Source: an uncultured Gaiellales bacterium
GTDB lineage: Bacteria; Actinomycetota; Thermoleophilia; BMS3ABIN01
DNA length: 64,000 bases
NCBI GenBank assembly: GCA_964497425.1
Contig: CAZCCR010000006.1
Coordinates: 13,306 to 77,305 of the forward strand
Direction: 5' to 3'
The notes under the pieces: model-generated
What the model saw: only the letters and a program-made list of their open reading frames with translations
What the model was told of the DNA's origin: nothing
Database searches by the model: none
Part shown: piece after piece, positions 1 through 9,284 of the stretch
Layout: the number at the start of each line of letters is the position of its first letter
Position numbering within the stretch: the first letter of the stretch is position 1
Position numbers and translations under genes: made by a program

Positions 1-531
1 GTCTATGTCAAGGACCTGCAGAGCGGCGCCGTGGAGCTGGTCTCAAAGAGCGCGGGTGGGGCTTTCGGTAACGACTGGAGCATCGGCCCCCGCTTCTCCT
101 TCGGCGGCGGCTTCGTGGGAATCTACTCGCAGGCGAGCAACCTGGTGCCGGGTGACACCAACGGTGTCTACGAAGTGCTTCTGACCGATAACACCGCTGC
201 CTGCGACGGCAACCGGCCCAGCCTGTCCCTCAGCCGCGACGCGGTCTACTGGGGCAGCCTCGGCGATTACATAGATCGCATTCTCAGCGTGGACTACACC
301 ATTTACGCCGTCTCCGCCTACCCTGTGGTCAATGTGGCCATCACTGACTCGCCGTCCAGCAACGGCGTCACCCTGGCCAGCTCCATGCCCATGGACCTTG
401 GCAATATCACCGGCGGCTCGTCGGCGCCGGCGACGCTGCAGTATAACGTGCCGACAGGCGTGACCGGATACCTGACGACCGTGTACGTGTCCGCCCAGGA
501 TGCCTGCGGCGCGCTGTTCAACTGGCCCTGA
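1..531 (+). CDS. C-terminal part of a secreted TolB/PD40-like beta-propeller repeat protein (5' truncated by window)
   Basis: Frame is open from base 1 (VYVKDLQSGAVELVSKSAGG...ASNLVPGDTNGVYEV), a typical TolB-like repeat. It is followed by a ~110-aa beta-rich tail ending AQDACGALFNWP, stop TGA at 531. Confidence 0.75.
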   Translation, partial: VYVKDLQSGAVELVSKSAGGAFGNDWSIGPRFSFGGGFVGIYSQASNLVPGDTNGVYEVLLTDNTAACDGNRPSLSLSRDAVYWGSLGDYIDRILSVDYTIYAVSAYPVVNVAITDSPSSNGVTLASSMPMDLGNITGGSSAPATLQYNVPTGVTGYLTTVYVSAQDACGALFNWP

Positions 532-572
532 TGGAGGGACGTTCTTTCCTTTTTGCCTTTAAGACTCCGGCA

Positions 573-1994
573 TCAGCCATGGCCGCCGTGTGGTAGCCAC
601 ACGGAGACATCAGGCCATTGACGGCTTGAACACACATTTCGGTAACCGCTCTCCAGCTCCGGCGCCAGTATCTGCAGGGACGCGCGGTCGGCTTCGAACA
701 CAGCCACCGGCGGCCGGCTGCCGGCCATGGCGGACCTGATGCTTTCGAAAAGCCCGATCGCGTCCGGGTCGCCGCGTCCGTATTTCTCTTCCCAGAGGAA
801 CTGGTCGTAGAAGTCCCGCATGACCGGGCGCTCCGCCTCGACAGCGTAGCAGCCCGGCGCCAGTATCTCCTGGCCTTCCCTGCTCTCGTTCCCGATGATG
901 GAGACTATCCTCGTCACGTCAGCAGCGTTGCTGCGTGTGATGAAGACGCGGTCCTTTGCCAGCATCGTCACTATGCCGCCCAGGAGCAGGATCGCCGCCG
1001 CTGCAACGGGCAACAGCTTTCCCTTGCCCGCAAGGCCGATCACTCCCCAGGCGGCCAGCAGGGCCATCGCCGGTTCGGCCAGCTGGAAAAGGTTGGTATC
1101 GTGTCCGGCTGCGGGGAGGGTCAACAGCAGAGAGAGCCCGGCGCCGAGCCAGGCGAACAGCAGGAAGAGATGATCCGGCCGCCGGCGAAAGCGCAGCTCT
1201 TCCGCTGCCAGCCAGGCTCCGGGCAGCGCCGCCAGGATCAGCGGCCAGTCCATGCTCCAGATTCGCCTGACGCCGCCGGTGAAGTTGGCCAGGCTCAACC
1301 CCTTGCTCGCCTGGGCGGCGAAGATATCGCTGAAATAGGCTCCACTGGAAGCGAACTGGGCAGCGAGCGCCGCCGCCAGGGAACCGCCGACAGCCACGCG
1401 GAGGAACAGCGCCAGATGCTCTCTCCGGTACCTGTGGACGAACAGGATCAGGAGCAGCAGCAGGGGGATGAAAGTCAGTTTGGTGAGGCTGCCGAGGACG
1501 CAGAGCCCTCCGGCAAGGGCCACCCGCCTGCGGCTGTTTTCCAGCAACAGCATGATGACCGCGACCGTGATCAGGGCAACCAGGGCGTCCTGGATGAACA
1601 GCTTGGAGAAGTAGATACCCAGGGGGGCGAACAGGGTGAACGCCCCAGCCAGGAAGGCACAGCCCACGTTCCTGCTGAGCCGGTATGCCAGGCGCCAGAC
1701 GGCCAGGCCCAGTCCGGCCATGACCAGGATGCTGAAGACGCGGAAGGGCAGAACGCCGTCGCCGATGAGAGCCAGCGGCGCTCCCAGGAAGTAGAGAAGG
1801 GGCGGATGGGCGGCGAGGAAATCACGGTATGGCCAGATACCACGGGAGATCGCTCTCGCTGAAGCCATATAGGCGCTATCGGCGGCGTCCAGGCAGCTGT
1901 GGTCGATGCCGGACAGGTTCAGAAGCAGGAAAAGGCCGAGCAGGAAGAGGAAGGCGAGAAGATAGTGGCGGGAAAGACCGGTGGAGTCCCTCAT
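573..1994 (-). CDS. Polytopic membrane glycosyltransferase, GT39/ArnT-PMT-like
   Basis: About 11-12 hydrophobic segments; N-terminal loop DSAYM...PYRDFLAAHPPLLY; TKLT motif; soluble C-terminal domain. Confidence 0.7.
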   Translation of the reverse strand: MRDSTGLSRHYLLAFLFLLGLFLLLNLSGIDHSCLDAADSAYMASARAISRGIWPYRDFLAAHPPLLYFLGAPLALIGDGVLPFRVFSILVMAGLGLAVWRLAYRLSRNVGCAFLAGAFTLFAPLGIYFSKLFIQDALVALITVAVIMLLLENSRRRVALAGGLCVLGSLTKLTFIPLLLLLILFVHRYRREHLALFLRVAVGGSLAAALAAQFASSGAYFSDIFAAQASKGLSLANFTGGVRRIWSMDWPLILAALPGAWLAAEELRFRRRPDHLFLLFAWLGAGLSLLLTLPAAGHDTNLFQLAEPAMALLAAWGVIGLAGKGKLLPVAAAAILLLGGIVTMLAKDRVFITRSNAADVTRIVSIIGNESREGQEILAPGCYAVEAERPVMRDFYDQFLWEEKYGRGDPDAIGLFESIRSAMAGSRPPVAVFEADRASLQILAPELESGYRNVCSSRQWPDVSVWLPHGGHG

Positions 1995-2668
1995 CCGGAG
2001 AGACAGCCGGCTGCTTCCTCCGTCTCTTTCAGCCGCCCGTGACAGAGGGTCACCGGGGCGGGGGCCGGCGCCGGACGCTTTATCCTCTCCAGCAGGCCGC
2101 GGCGGCGGAGCCGCCGCGGCGGTTCAGCCAGCTTGAGGCCGCCCAGTTCCAGGCGCATCAGCTGTATCTCGCCCGCGGAACGGGCGGGATAAAATCCGCA
2201 TCGTCTCAGCAGCTCCCGGTCGAGAAGGTGGCCGGGGTTGTCTCTGCTACCGTCTCTGAGGCAAAAGGCTTCCACGGTGCCGATGCCGCGCCCGCGCAGG
2301 TCAGCCAGTGCCGCCAGGACAAGGCCTTTGCGGATGGGTTCATTGGCAGGAGCGGTCACCATGCCGCAGGCAAGCAGGATGTTGTCCTCTGCGCTCTGCC
2401 CGGGACACAGTTCCCCGCTGCGGGGGAAGAGCCACGACGGACCGTACTGCACCAGTCCCAGCGGCTCGCCGTCAGCCAGGGCTATCCTGCCCCAGCCGCC
2501 GAAAGAATCCTCGGCCTGCCGCCTCCAGCCGGACTCCTGTTCTTCCCCGGGCCACCCTCGGGTATACCCTTGCCACCAGCCACAGGAGCGGCAGTCTTCG
2601 GGGACCAGTTCCAGGGTCGTCAGGTCCAGGTTTTGCATGCGGAAGACCATACGATGATTATAGCTCAT
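1991..2668 (-). CDS. GNAT-family N-acetyltransferase (Rv3916c-like actinobacterial family)
   Basis: CRSCGWW...FGGWGRIALADGEPLGLVQYGP...ALADLRGRGIGTVEAF matches the family pattern. Start is probably ATG 2668 or 2650 rather than the track's 2788. Overlaps the GT39 start by 4 bp. Confidence 0.7.
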   Translation of the reverse strand: MSYNHRMVFRMQNLDLTTLELVPEDCRSCGWWQGYTRGWPGEEQESGWRRQAEDSFGGWGRIALADGEPLGLVQYGPSWLFPRSGELCPGQSAEDNILLACGMVTAPANEPIRKGLVLAALADLRGRGIGTVEAFCLRDGSRDNPGHLLDRELLRRCGFYPARSAGEIQLMRLELGGLKLAEPPRRLRRRGLLERIKRPAPAPAPVTLCHGRLKETEEAAGCLSG

Positions 2669-2699
2669 GCCGGAACGGCGATGCATCATATGACAGTGC

Positions 2700-3551
2700 T
2701 CAACCCGGAACGAGCTCGAGCAGGGTGACTTCGGGGCGGCTGAGCAGCCTGAGAGGGACGAAGGTGGTGCCGACTCCCCGGGAGACATGCATCAATGTTC
2801 CCCCGTGTTGGTATAAACCGTAACGGTAACTGGAGCCTGAGGAGGAGAGCAGTATCCTTCCCTTCCAGGGGTGGGGCATACATATCTGTCCACCATGGGT
2901 ATGTCCGGACAGCACCAGATGGAACTCACCCGGCCTGATCTGCGAGATGACGTCGGGTGAGTGGGACAGGAGTATGCGCAGACCGGCGCTGCTGTCCAGC
3001 CGCTCCCTGACAGCCGCCATATCAGCCAGTCCGTATTCCAGCTCGTCGATGCCGCAGACCTGCAGGCGGTCCCCGTCCCGCTCGACGCCGGCGCACTCGT
3101 TCTCCAGCAGCGTGATACCGGCATGGCCGAGCAGGTCACGGTTGAGGGAGACCGTAGCGGCCACCTCGTCCGCCCCCATGTCGGCGTTGCGAGCGATCCT
3201 CTGGCCGATGAGCCCGAAACTGAACTCATGCAGGGCGTTCTTGCGCAGGCCGTGGTCGTGGTTGCCCAGTACGGCGAACTTTCCCAGGGGGGCCCTGATG
3301 TGCGAAAGCATCTCCAGGCACGGTTCCAGGGCCTTCTTCTTGTCGGTCATATCGCCAGTGAACAGGACCAGATCCGGGGCCGTCTCCCTGGCTAACGGTT
3401 CCAGCTTGGCGATGGCCAGCTCGTTGGGCCAGGGGGAGCCGGTGTGCAGGTCACTGACGTGAAGCAGCCTCAGGCCCGCCAGCGCCAGCGGCAACCCAGG
3501 CAGCGTCAGCTTCAGGTGGCGGAGCTGTAACCACTGGGCTTCGAAAAGCAT
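2700..3551 (-). CDS. Calcineurin-like metallophosphoesterase (YkuE/YaeI type)
   Basis: Motifs SDLH, TGD, LGNHD, LSH and SGHTHGGQ. The in-frame hydrophobic stretch upstream suggests a true start near 3596. Confidence 0.9.
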   Translation of the reverse strand: MLFEAQWLQLRHLKLTLPGLPLALAGLRLLHVSDLHTGSPWPNELAIAKLEPLARETAPDLVLFTGDMTDKKKALEPCLEMLSHIRAPLGKFAVLGNHDHGLRKNALHEFSFGLIGQRIARNADMGADEVAATVSLNRDLLGHAGITLLENECAGVERDGDRLQVCGIDELEYGLADMAAVRERLDSSAGLRILLSHSPDVISQIRPGEFHLVLSGHTHGGQICMPHPWKGRILLSSSGSSYRYGLYQHGGTLMHVSRGVGTTFVPLRLLSRPEVTLLELVPG

Positions 3552-3615
3552 GTAGGCCGAGGCGAGGGCAGAGGCGCCCAGGGTAAGCCTCAGCAGCCGC
3601 GCCGCCGAGTGGCAG

Positions 3616-3942
3616 CTACTCTTCTTCCCCGTCTTCGTCTTCGCCCTCTTCGCTCTCTTGCTTCTCTTCTTTGCCCGTGTCCTCTTCCTGCCGGGCCTCT
3701 ATCTCAGCCTTGAGCCGCGCGCTGGTCTCCTCTATCCGGGCCTTCAGTTCCTCTTCAGAGCCCAGTTCCTCTTCCTGCCGGAGACCGCTCTGCGTACCCG
3801 GCTCTCCTGTCACATCCATGGAGCCTCCGAACAGCTCCTGCCTTATGTCGCGGCCCGCTTTGGGCGCCAGGAGCATGCCCGCGCCGATACCCAAACCTAC
3901 GCCGAACATGAAAAGACCGCATCTTCCGCATCTGGCCATCAT
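3616..3942 (-). CDS. YtxH domain-containing protein
   Basis: GLGIGAGMLLAPKAGRDIRQEL is the YtxH signature; acidic coiled-coil tail. Confidence 0.8.
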   Translation of the reverse strand: MMARCGRCGLFMFGVGLGIGAGMLLAPKAGRDIRQELFGGSMDVTGEPGTQSGLRQEEELGSEEELKARIEETSARLKAEIEARQEEDTGKEEKQESEEGEDEDGEEE

Positions 3943-4024
3943 CAGCCTCCCTCACTGTCTTTTTGTTCCGGGGCTCCATTCTAGTTACCGGTGCCACAGG
4001 TGGCAAGGCGGCGGCGCCTGCCGA

Positions 4025-4735
4025 TCAGTAAGTGTTCTCACTGTCGACATACCAGCCGTACTGGTCCTTGTACATGTAGAGCTCCGTATACCATGTCTGG
4101 TCGCCGTAATAGGTGATGAGGACGATGGCGCTCATGTCGTCCGGGTTATAGGAGGCCACATCATAGCTGTCCCCACCCCCGTAAAGCGGGTCAGACATCA
4201 CTACATCGAGTATGGCGGCCTTCTCCGCCTCGGCGCTTCCCGCTGCCGGCGCAGGGTTCTGGGCGGGTGCGGGGGTCTGCGCCCGGCCCTGCCCTTGTGG
4301 AGCGGCCTGCTGGTTTGTCGCTGACGTGCGGGTGGTTGGGGTGGTGGGGGTGGTGGCAGTTGTCCGCGTGGTTGATGTGGCGGTCCTGCTGCTTGCGGTG
4401 CCGGTCTTGCTGCTGCCTCCCGCCGATGACGCCGCTGAGCCGCCGCCGTCGTCCCTGAAGATGAACCAGGCGCCGATGGCGATGGCGGCGATGACGATGA
4501 TGGCGGCCACGTTGGCGCCGATGATGACAGCCGGGTTGCTGAAGGGACCCTTGCTTTTCGGCGCCTCTCCAGTGCCGGGTGTGGCGCCGGCGCCTGCCGC
4601 CGTCACCTGGGTAGGCGCCTCTGTTCCCTCAGCAGCCTGTCCCCCTCTCTCTCGCCCCGGGACGGTGGCGCCGCAGGAGGCGCAGAACTTCGAATCCGGT
4701 TCCAGCTCGTTGCCGCATTCCTGACAGTAAGCCAT
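4025..4735 (-). CDS. Zinc-ribbon membrane protein (N-terminal CxxC-x10-CxxC, one TM helix, Thr/Ala linker, small external domain)
   Basis: MAYCQECGNELEPDSKFCASCG; TM segment VIIGANVAAIIVIAAIAIGAWFIF; GGAG-type RBS upstream. Confidence 0.8.
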   Translation of the reverse strand: MAYCQECGNELEPDSKFCASCGATVPGRERGGQAAEGTEAPTQVTAAGAGATPGTGEAPKSKGPFSNPAVIIGANVAAIIVIAAIAIGAWFIFRDDGGGSAASSAGGSSKTGTASSRTATSTTRTTATTPTTPTTRTSATNQQAAPQGQGRAQTPAPAQNPAPAAGSAEAEKAAILDVVMSDPLYGGGDSYDVASYNPDDMSAIVLITYYGDQTWYTELYMYKDQYGWYVDSENTY

Positions 4736-4774
4736 GATGATCTCCGTTGGTCGTTCAGATTCCGATGACTATGA

Positions 4775-6043
4775 TTATGACCCGCTGGCGGCCGTGCCGC
4801 AATGGCGGCAGAAGGCGGCTCCGGGGCTCAGTTCCTTGCCGCAGTTCCGGCAGAAGCGGGGGGGTGCGCCGGCAGCGCGTCCTTCCGTCTCCTGCGAGGG
4901 GGTAGCCGCGGCGCCCTCTTCAGCGGTCCTTGCGGCAGCACCGGCTGTTGCTGCTTTCAGCTGCTCGATGATGGTGTCGGTATCCTGCTGGCGGGTTGCC
5001 GCCGCACCTTCGCCGGCTGCCTCTTCCCCCGCCGCCAGCACTGTTTCCAGCAGTCCCCTCGCCAGCTCCGGGCTCAGGGCCGTCAGGTTCGCCTCTCCTT
5101 CAGGCAGGGAACTCACGTCCGCCAGCCAGATGCCGCCGGACGTGCGCCAGCCGCCGAGGATGGCCGCCTCCACCTTGTCCGGCCCCAGCCGCCTCTGAAC
5201 CGCCATGCCGAAGTTGGTGCCCGCTGCTGCCAGGGAGCGGTAGAGCATGTCGAGCCCTTCGCCGATGACATACATGTCGCCCATCGGCTCCGCCTCCTCA
5301 TCTTCCAGCACCGCCAGCAGACCCTCATCGGCCATTCGCCGCATCACTTCCGGCAGGCGCCTGTCGAAATCCGCGGGGACGGCGTCGGGGTTCAGCATGG
5401 CGAAAAGGGTCACCGACCATGAAGGATCGGCTCCCCCCAGCCCCGCCAGCCAGGCCTTCACGGCATCGGCGGCCGTCAGCCCCGATGGCGGGCCCGGCAG
5501 CCGCGAAAGCCGGCGCCGGGCCGAGTCACTGACATAGGCATCTACCAGGGCCGCCAGGGCGAAGAACTCATCGTTGTCCAGAGTCAGCCTCACCTCGGCG
5601 GCGGCAGCGGCGCTGTCAAGGGAGAGTGCTTCCAGGAGGCTCTGCCTGACCTCGTCCAGTGACAGCGGCCCCTGGACAGCCAGGGCGCCCTCACCGAGGT
5701 CGAGACGGAAGCCCGGTCCTCGGGCGGCGGGGTCGGGCCAGAGGTACTGGCCGAGCATTGTGGTCTCACCATCTCCCAGCACCAGCATGGCTGTGAGCCC
5801 CGGGTCCATCATCGCCGGCGGCAGCTGCCGCCAGTCTCCGGACAGGCCCGCCAGTAACGCCAGCAGCCCATTCCGGTCGGACTCCTCCGGTGGGGACTGG
5901 ATGCGGGTCAGGGGGGAAAGCGGACCGGCGGCGACCTCCGGCAACTCTCCCAGGGCTTTCAGGGCCCTGAGCGGGATGGAGACCCCTTCCGCCGCTTCTG
6001 TTTCATCCTGTGTGATGTCAGACATGACGCCTTCCTTTCCCAT
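4775..6043 (-). CDS. Hypothetical cytoplasmic protein with C-terminal zinc ribbon
   Basis: Ends FCRNCGKELSPGAAFCRHCG. Acidic ~330-aa body with no recognised motif. Start at 6043 or 6025. Confidence 0.75.
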   Translation of the reverse strand: MGKEGVMSDITQDETEAAEGVSIPLRALKALGELPEVAAGPLSPLTRIQSPPEESDRNGLLALLAGLSGDWRQLPPAMMDPGLTAMLVLGDGETTMLGQYLWPDPAARGPGFRLDLGEGALAVQGPLSLDEVRQSLLEALSLDSAAAAAEVRLTLDNDEFFALAALVDAYVSDSARRRLSRLPGPPSGLTAADAVKAWLAGLGGADPSWSVTLFAMLNPDAVPADFDRRLPEVMRRMADEGLLAVLEDEEAEPMGDMYVIGEGLDMLYRSLAAAGTNFGMAVQRRLGPDKVEAAILGGWRTSGGIWLADVSSLPEGEANLTALSPELARGLLETVLAAGEEAAGEGAAATRQQDTDTIIEQLKAATAGAAARTAEEGAAATPSQETEGRAAGAPPRFCRNCGKELSPGAAFCRHCGTAASGS

Positions 6044-6073
6044 GTTCTTCTGTGCCCGGGCGGCGATCGCGTA

Positions 6074-9000
6074 TCATTTCGGCTTCGCTATCTTCAGGCT
6101 CTCGATCTTCTTGCCCAGCAGTTCGGATACCTGTGCCGGGCCGCCCTTGAAACCCAGCTGCCTGACCCGGGCGGCGCGCTCCAGTGGTGAGAGGTCGTTG
6201 TCACCGATGACCTTCAGTGCCTGCTTCATCTTGGGGGAGAGATCGCTGACCTGGTAGTTCTTCTGATATCCCTTGATCAGCGCCTCCGTCTCCCGTCCCT
6301 GTTTGGACAGCTGTTCCAGGGCCTCCTTCTGGTCGGAGATGGTGCCCTTGTTCCATTGGCTGGTGAACTTCTCCTTCTCCATCATACCCAGCTGCTCAGC
6401 GTCCCCCAGCCGGCCTTCGCCCTTCTTGGCTGCGGCATGGGTCGAATCCCCGCCGACCTCTCCGGCGCCGCTACCGCCCTGCTTGAAATCGCGGCCGGCG
6501 GTGGGCTGGTAGACGTCACCCGGCTCCTGCTGGTGCAGTTCGCCCCACTTGCGGGTCTGCTGCTGAGGCGTCATGCTGTCCCAGTCCACGTCGCTGAAGC
6601 GCTGCTTGGCCTTTTCGACGCTGAACCCGGAATGTTCGGCGAAAGAATCGTGGTAGGTCTGCTCCCACTCGCTCTTGGGGACCTCCTCCCAGGAGACGCT
6701 GCCGTCGGAGTGGGTCACCTTGCGCAGGGCGTGGATGTCGTTGTCCGTGTTGATGCCGGCCGGGTCATACTTCTTGCCGGGGGTGCGCACGCTCTCCACC
6801 CGGAACTCCTCGCCGGGGTGCTTCTTTCCCAGGAACGACTCCACATCCTGGTTGGTCGGCTCCAGGATCTTCTTCTGGGTCTCGATGAAGCTCTTGCGCA
6901 CGTTCTCCGGAGCGTTCTTCAGCTTGCGCATGGCGGCGGGGTCGGACATGTTGTCCAGGGCCTGGTCGACGCTAGGTTCCTTGCCGCTCTCGACGGTGCT
7001 GGTGATGTCGTCGGCTTTCTTCTGGGCGTCATCCATATACTTCTTGTAATCGGACTCGTAGGACTGCCGCTGCTCGGGGTCGTTGAAGCGCTGCTCGTCG
7101 CGGGCGCGGGCGGCGTCGCCCTTGGCCTGCTCGGCCCGGCGGGCGGCGCTCTTCTCCGCTTCGGCCGCCCTGGCCTCGGCTCCCGCCTCCGCGGCCTCAG
7201 GCTGCGTCTTTCCTCGCGTGGCTCCCGCCTCCGTTTCGCTGCTCGCGGCGCCCGCCTTCGGCTTTCCGGCAGACGCGGCTGCCTCCGATTCCGCCGTCCC
7301 CGCCTCCGCGGCGCCCTCGGCCGCACCCTCGGCAGCCGGGATCTCTGCCCCCTCGGCAGCTGCGCCCTCAGCCGCCTGCCCGGCCCGGGCCGCCTGGCCG
7401 GCGGCGGCCCCTTCCGTCTCAGTGGCGGCGGAAGCTCCCGCCTCCGCGGCACCCTCTACTGCCGCGCCCTCCCCGGCGGCGGTGCCGGCAGAGGGGATGA
7501 AGGTGCGGGTGCCGGTGAAGGGGACGCGCGTGGTGGAGACATTAATGCCAAGTGAATCCAGGATGAGAGCTATCCCGGCCATCTTGGTGGCGGCGGAGGG
7601 GATGGACCAGAGCTTCTCCTCCGTGGAGGCGTTCTTGTCGAACCAGGAGTGGACCTCATCCACCGGCAATATGTCCTTGCCCGCTCCCTTTGCTTTCTGA
7701 AACAGGCTGCCCAGGATCGCTCCCGCCCCCTTCATGGAAGAGGCCACCATCACCTTCAGCCCTCCCAGGAAATCCTTGTTGTCGAAGGCCTTCCTGAATT
7801 CCTGTTTCTCCGTCGTCAGGTTGCGGTCCGACCATTTGTTGATGGAATCATCCAGGCCGCGCTTGAAATCCTTGAAGTTCTTGATGCCATAGTAGATGCC
7901 CTTGGCGCCCCTGAATGGGGCGAGGATCATGTGCCCCATACCGGAGAAGAAGCCCGTTACGCCCTGCTTGGTCTTGCTCAGGACATCAGCGGTGGTCTTG
8001 GCGGCCGCCCTGATGTTTGCCGCCTCCATGGAGGTGGAGCCGGGCTTGCCGGCTTTGGCGGCTATCTCCTTGCGCAGCTCCTTCTGGACGGCGGCCCATT
8101 TCTGCGGATCCACATTGCCGTCAGGGCCGAAGGCCTCCTTGCGGGCCTGGTTGACCAGGGCCTCCAGCTTCCTGTTTCCGTGACGCCGGGCATGCTTGTC
8201 CAGCATGTCGAGGGTCTTACGGGCATGGCCGGTGGCGGCGTCCAGACCCGCCACCGCCGCTCGCCGTCTTCTGGCCCGGCGCCGCTTCCGTTCCTTCTCC
8301 TTGTCCTTCTTTGGCTTATCTGAGCCGGGCTCCTTCCTGTCAGAATCGTCAGGCTCGGGTTCTTCCGGCGGCGGCCCGGGCTCGGGAGCTCCACCCAGAC
8401 CAGCTATCAATCCGATGATGATGGAGATGATGCCCGGGGCAAGGATGCCGGTCATGGCCTCCCACCAGTTGGCCGGGCCGGGGATCTTGCCCAAAGGACC
8501 AAGGCCGGGCAGGGCGCCTCCGGTCCCGCCGCCCTCTTTCCCTCCGGTCCCGCCGCCGCTGTCGCCCTCACCCTGGCCTCCTTGTCCACCCCCACTTGCC
8601 TCGAATGTGGCTGTAGTGGAACCACCAGCGGCGGATTCATCCGGGGTATCCGATTCAGTGATGGAGCCATTCCAGTAGAAGTCGGTGTATTCGACGACCT
8701 TGCCGGTGAACTCTACCGTCGCCGATGTGCTCGTGACCAGACCCTTCGAGGCGAAGGTCCCGCTTGCCCTGTATTTCGTGGGGACATAGCCGTCACGAAC
8801 ATTCTCTCTGCCGGAGGTCAGATCCGACTGGAAAGACCACTCACCGCTCAGATTGCCGTCTTTATAGGTGCCTGATACCTTCAGGGTGCCGTGGAAGTTG
8901 CCGACGAAGACCTCCCCGTTGGAGTATTGGGTTGTAAGGTTGGTCAACTGGAAGTCACTTGATGTCTCGCCGGAGAAGCTGCCCATCGTCAGCTTCATGG

Positions 9001-9262
9001 CTGGCAGGTTGCCGAGCAGATCCAGGCCGTCCGTATCGTTACCCGTGTAAAGGCTGTCGAACCTGACCGTGGAAGGAGCTTCCAGAGGCTCTTTTTCCTG
9101 CGCATGTGAGGAGGCTGGTGTCATCAGGGCGAAAAGAAACACAAGGATGGAGAGCGCGACAAGAAACCTGCATAGACCGGCCCCGGCCGATGCGCTTCCG
9201 TTCCGGGGCCCGCACACCGCTGTTTCGTATCTGTGGTTTCTTTTCTTCATCAGGCTGGACAT
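6074..9262 (-). CDS. 1062-aa multidomain membrane-anchored protein, polymorphic-toxin-like architecture
   Basis: Signal peptide (cleavage near SSHA|QEK), beta-rich domain, Gly linker, TM helix TGILAPGIISIIIGLIAGLG, Pro/acidic then basic segment, helical region, Ala/Glu/Gly repeats, ~350-aa globular C-terminus. The ORF is well supported; the function is inferred. Confidence 0.75.
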   Translation of the reverse strand: MSSLMKKRNHRYETAVCGPRNGSASAGAGLCRFLVALSILVFLFALMTPASSHAQEKEPLEAPSTVRFDSLYTGNDTDGLDLLGNLPAMKLTMGSFSGETSSDFQLTNLTTQYSNGEVFVGNFHGTLKVSGTYKDGNLSGEWSFQSDLTSGRENVRDGYVPTKYRASGTFASKGLVTSTSATVEFTGKVVEYTDFYWNGSITESDTPDESAAGGSTTATFEASGGGQGGQGEGDSGGGTGGKEGGGTGGALPGLGPLGKIPGPANWWEAMTGILAPGIISIIIGLIAGLGGAPEPGPPPEEPEPDDSDRKEPGSDKPKKDKEKERKRRRARRRRAAVAGLDAATGHARKTLDMLDKHARRHGNRKLEALVNQARKEAFGPDGNVDPQKWAAVQKELRKEIAAKAGKPGSTSMEAANIRAAAKTTADVLSKTKQGVTGFFSGMGHMILAPFRGAKGIYYGIKNFKDFKRGLDDSINKWSDRNLTTEKQEFRKAFDNKDFLGGLKVMVASSMKGAGAILGSLFQKAKGAGKDILPVDEVHSWFDKNASTEEKLWSIPSAATKMAGIALILDSLGINVSTTRVPFTGTRTFIPSAGTAAGEGAAVEGAAEAGASAATETEGAAAGQAARAGQAAEGAAAEGAEIPAAEGAAEGAAEAGTAESEAAASAGKPKAGAASSETEAGATRGKTQPEAAEAGAEARAAEAEKSAARRAEQAKGDAARARDEQRFNDPEQRQSYESDYKKYMDDAQKKADDITSTVESGKEPSVDQALDNMSDPAAMRKLKNAPENVRKSFIETQKKILEPTNQDVESFLGKKHPGEEFRVESVRTPGKKYDPAGINTDNDIHALRKVTHSDGSVSWEEVPKSEWEQTYHDSFAEHSGFSVEKAKQRFSDVDWDSMTPQQQTRKWGELHQQEPGDVYQPTAGRDFKQGGSGAGEVGGDSTHAAAKKGEGRLGDAEQLGMMEKEKFTSQWNKGTISDQKEALEQLSKQGRETEALIKGYQKNYQVSDLSPKMKQALKVIGDNDLSPLERAARVRQLGFKGGPAQVSELLGKKIESLKIAKPK
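7190..7480 (-). repeat. Low-complexity Ala/Glu/Gly repeats (EGAA/AEAG units) inside the 1062-aa protein
   Basis: AGEGAAVEGAAEAGASAATETEGAAAG...AAEGAAEGAAEAG. Confidence 0.7.
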
Positions 9263-9284
9263 GTCCCTGTCGTCAAGGCTCCGC

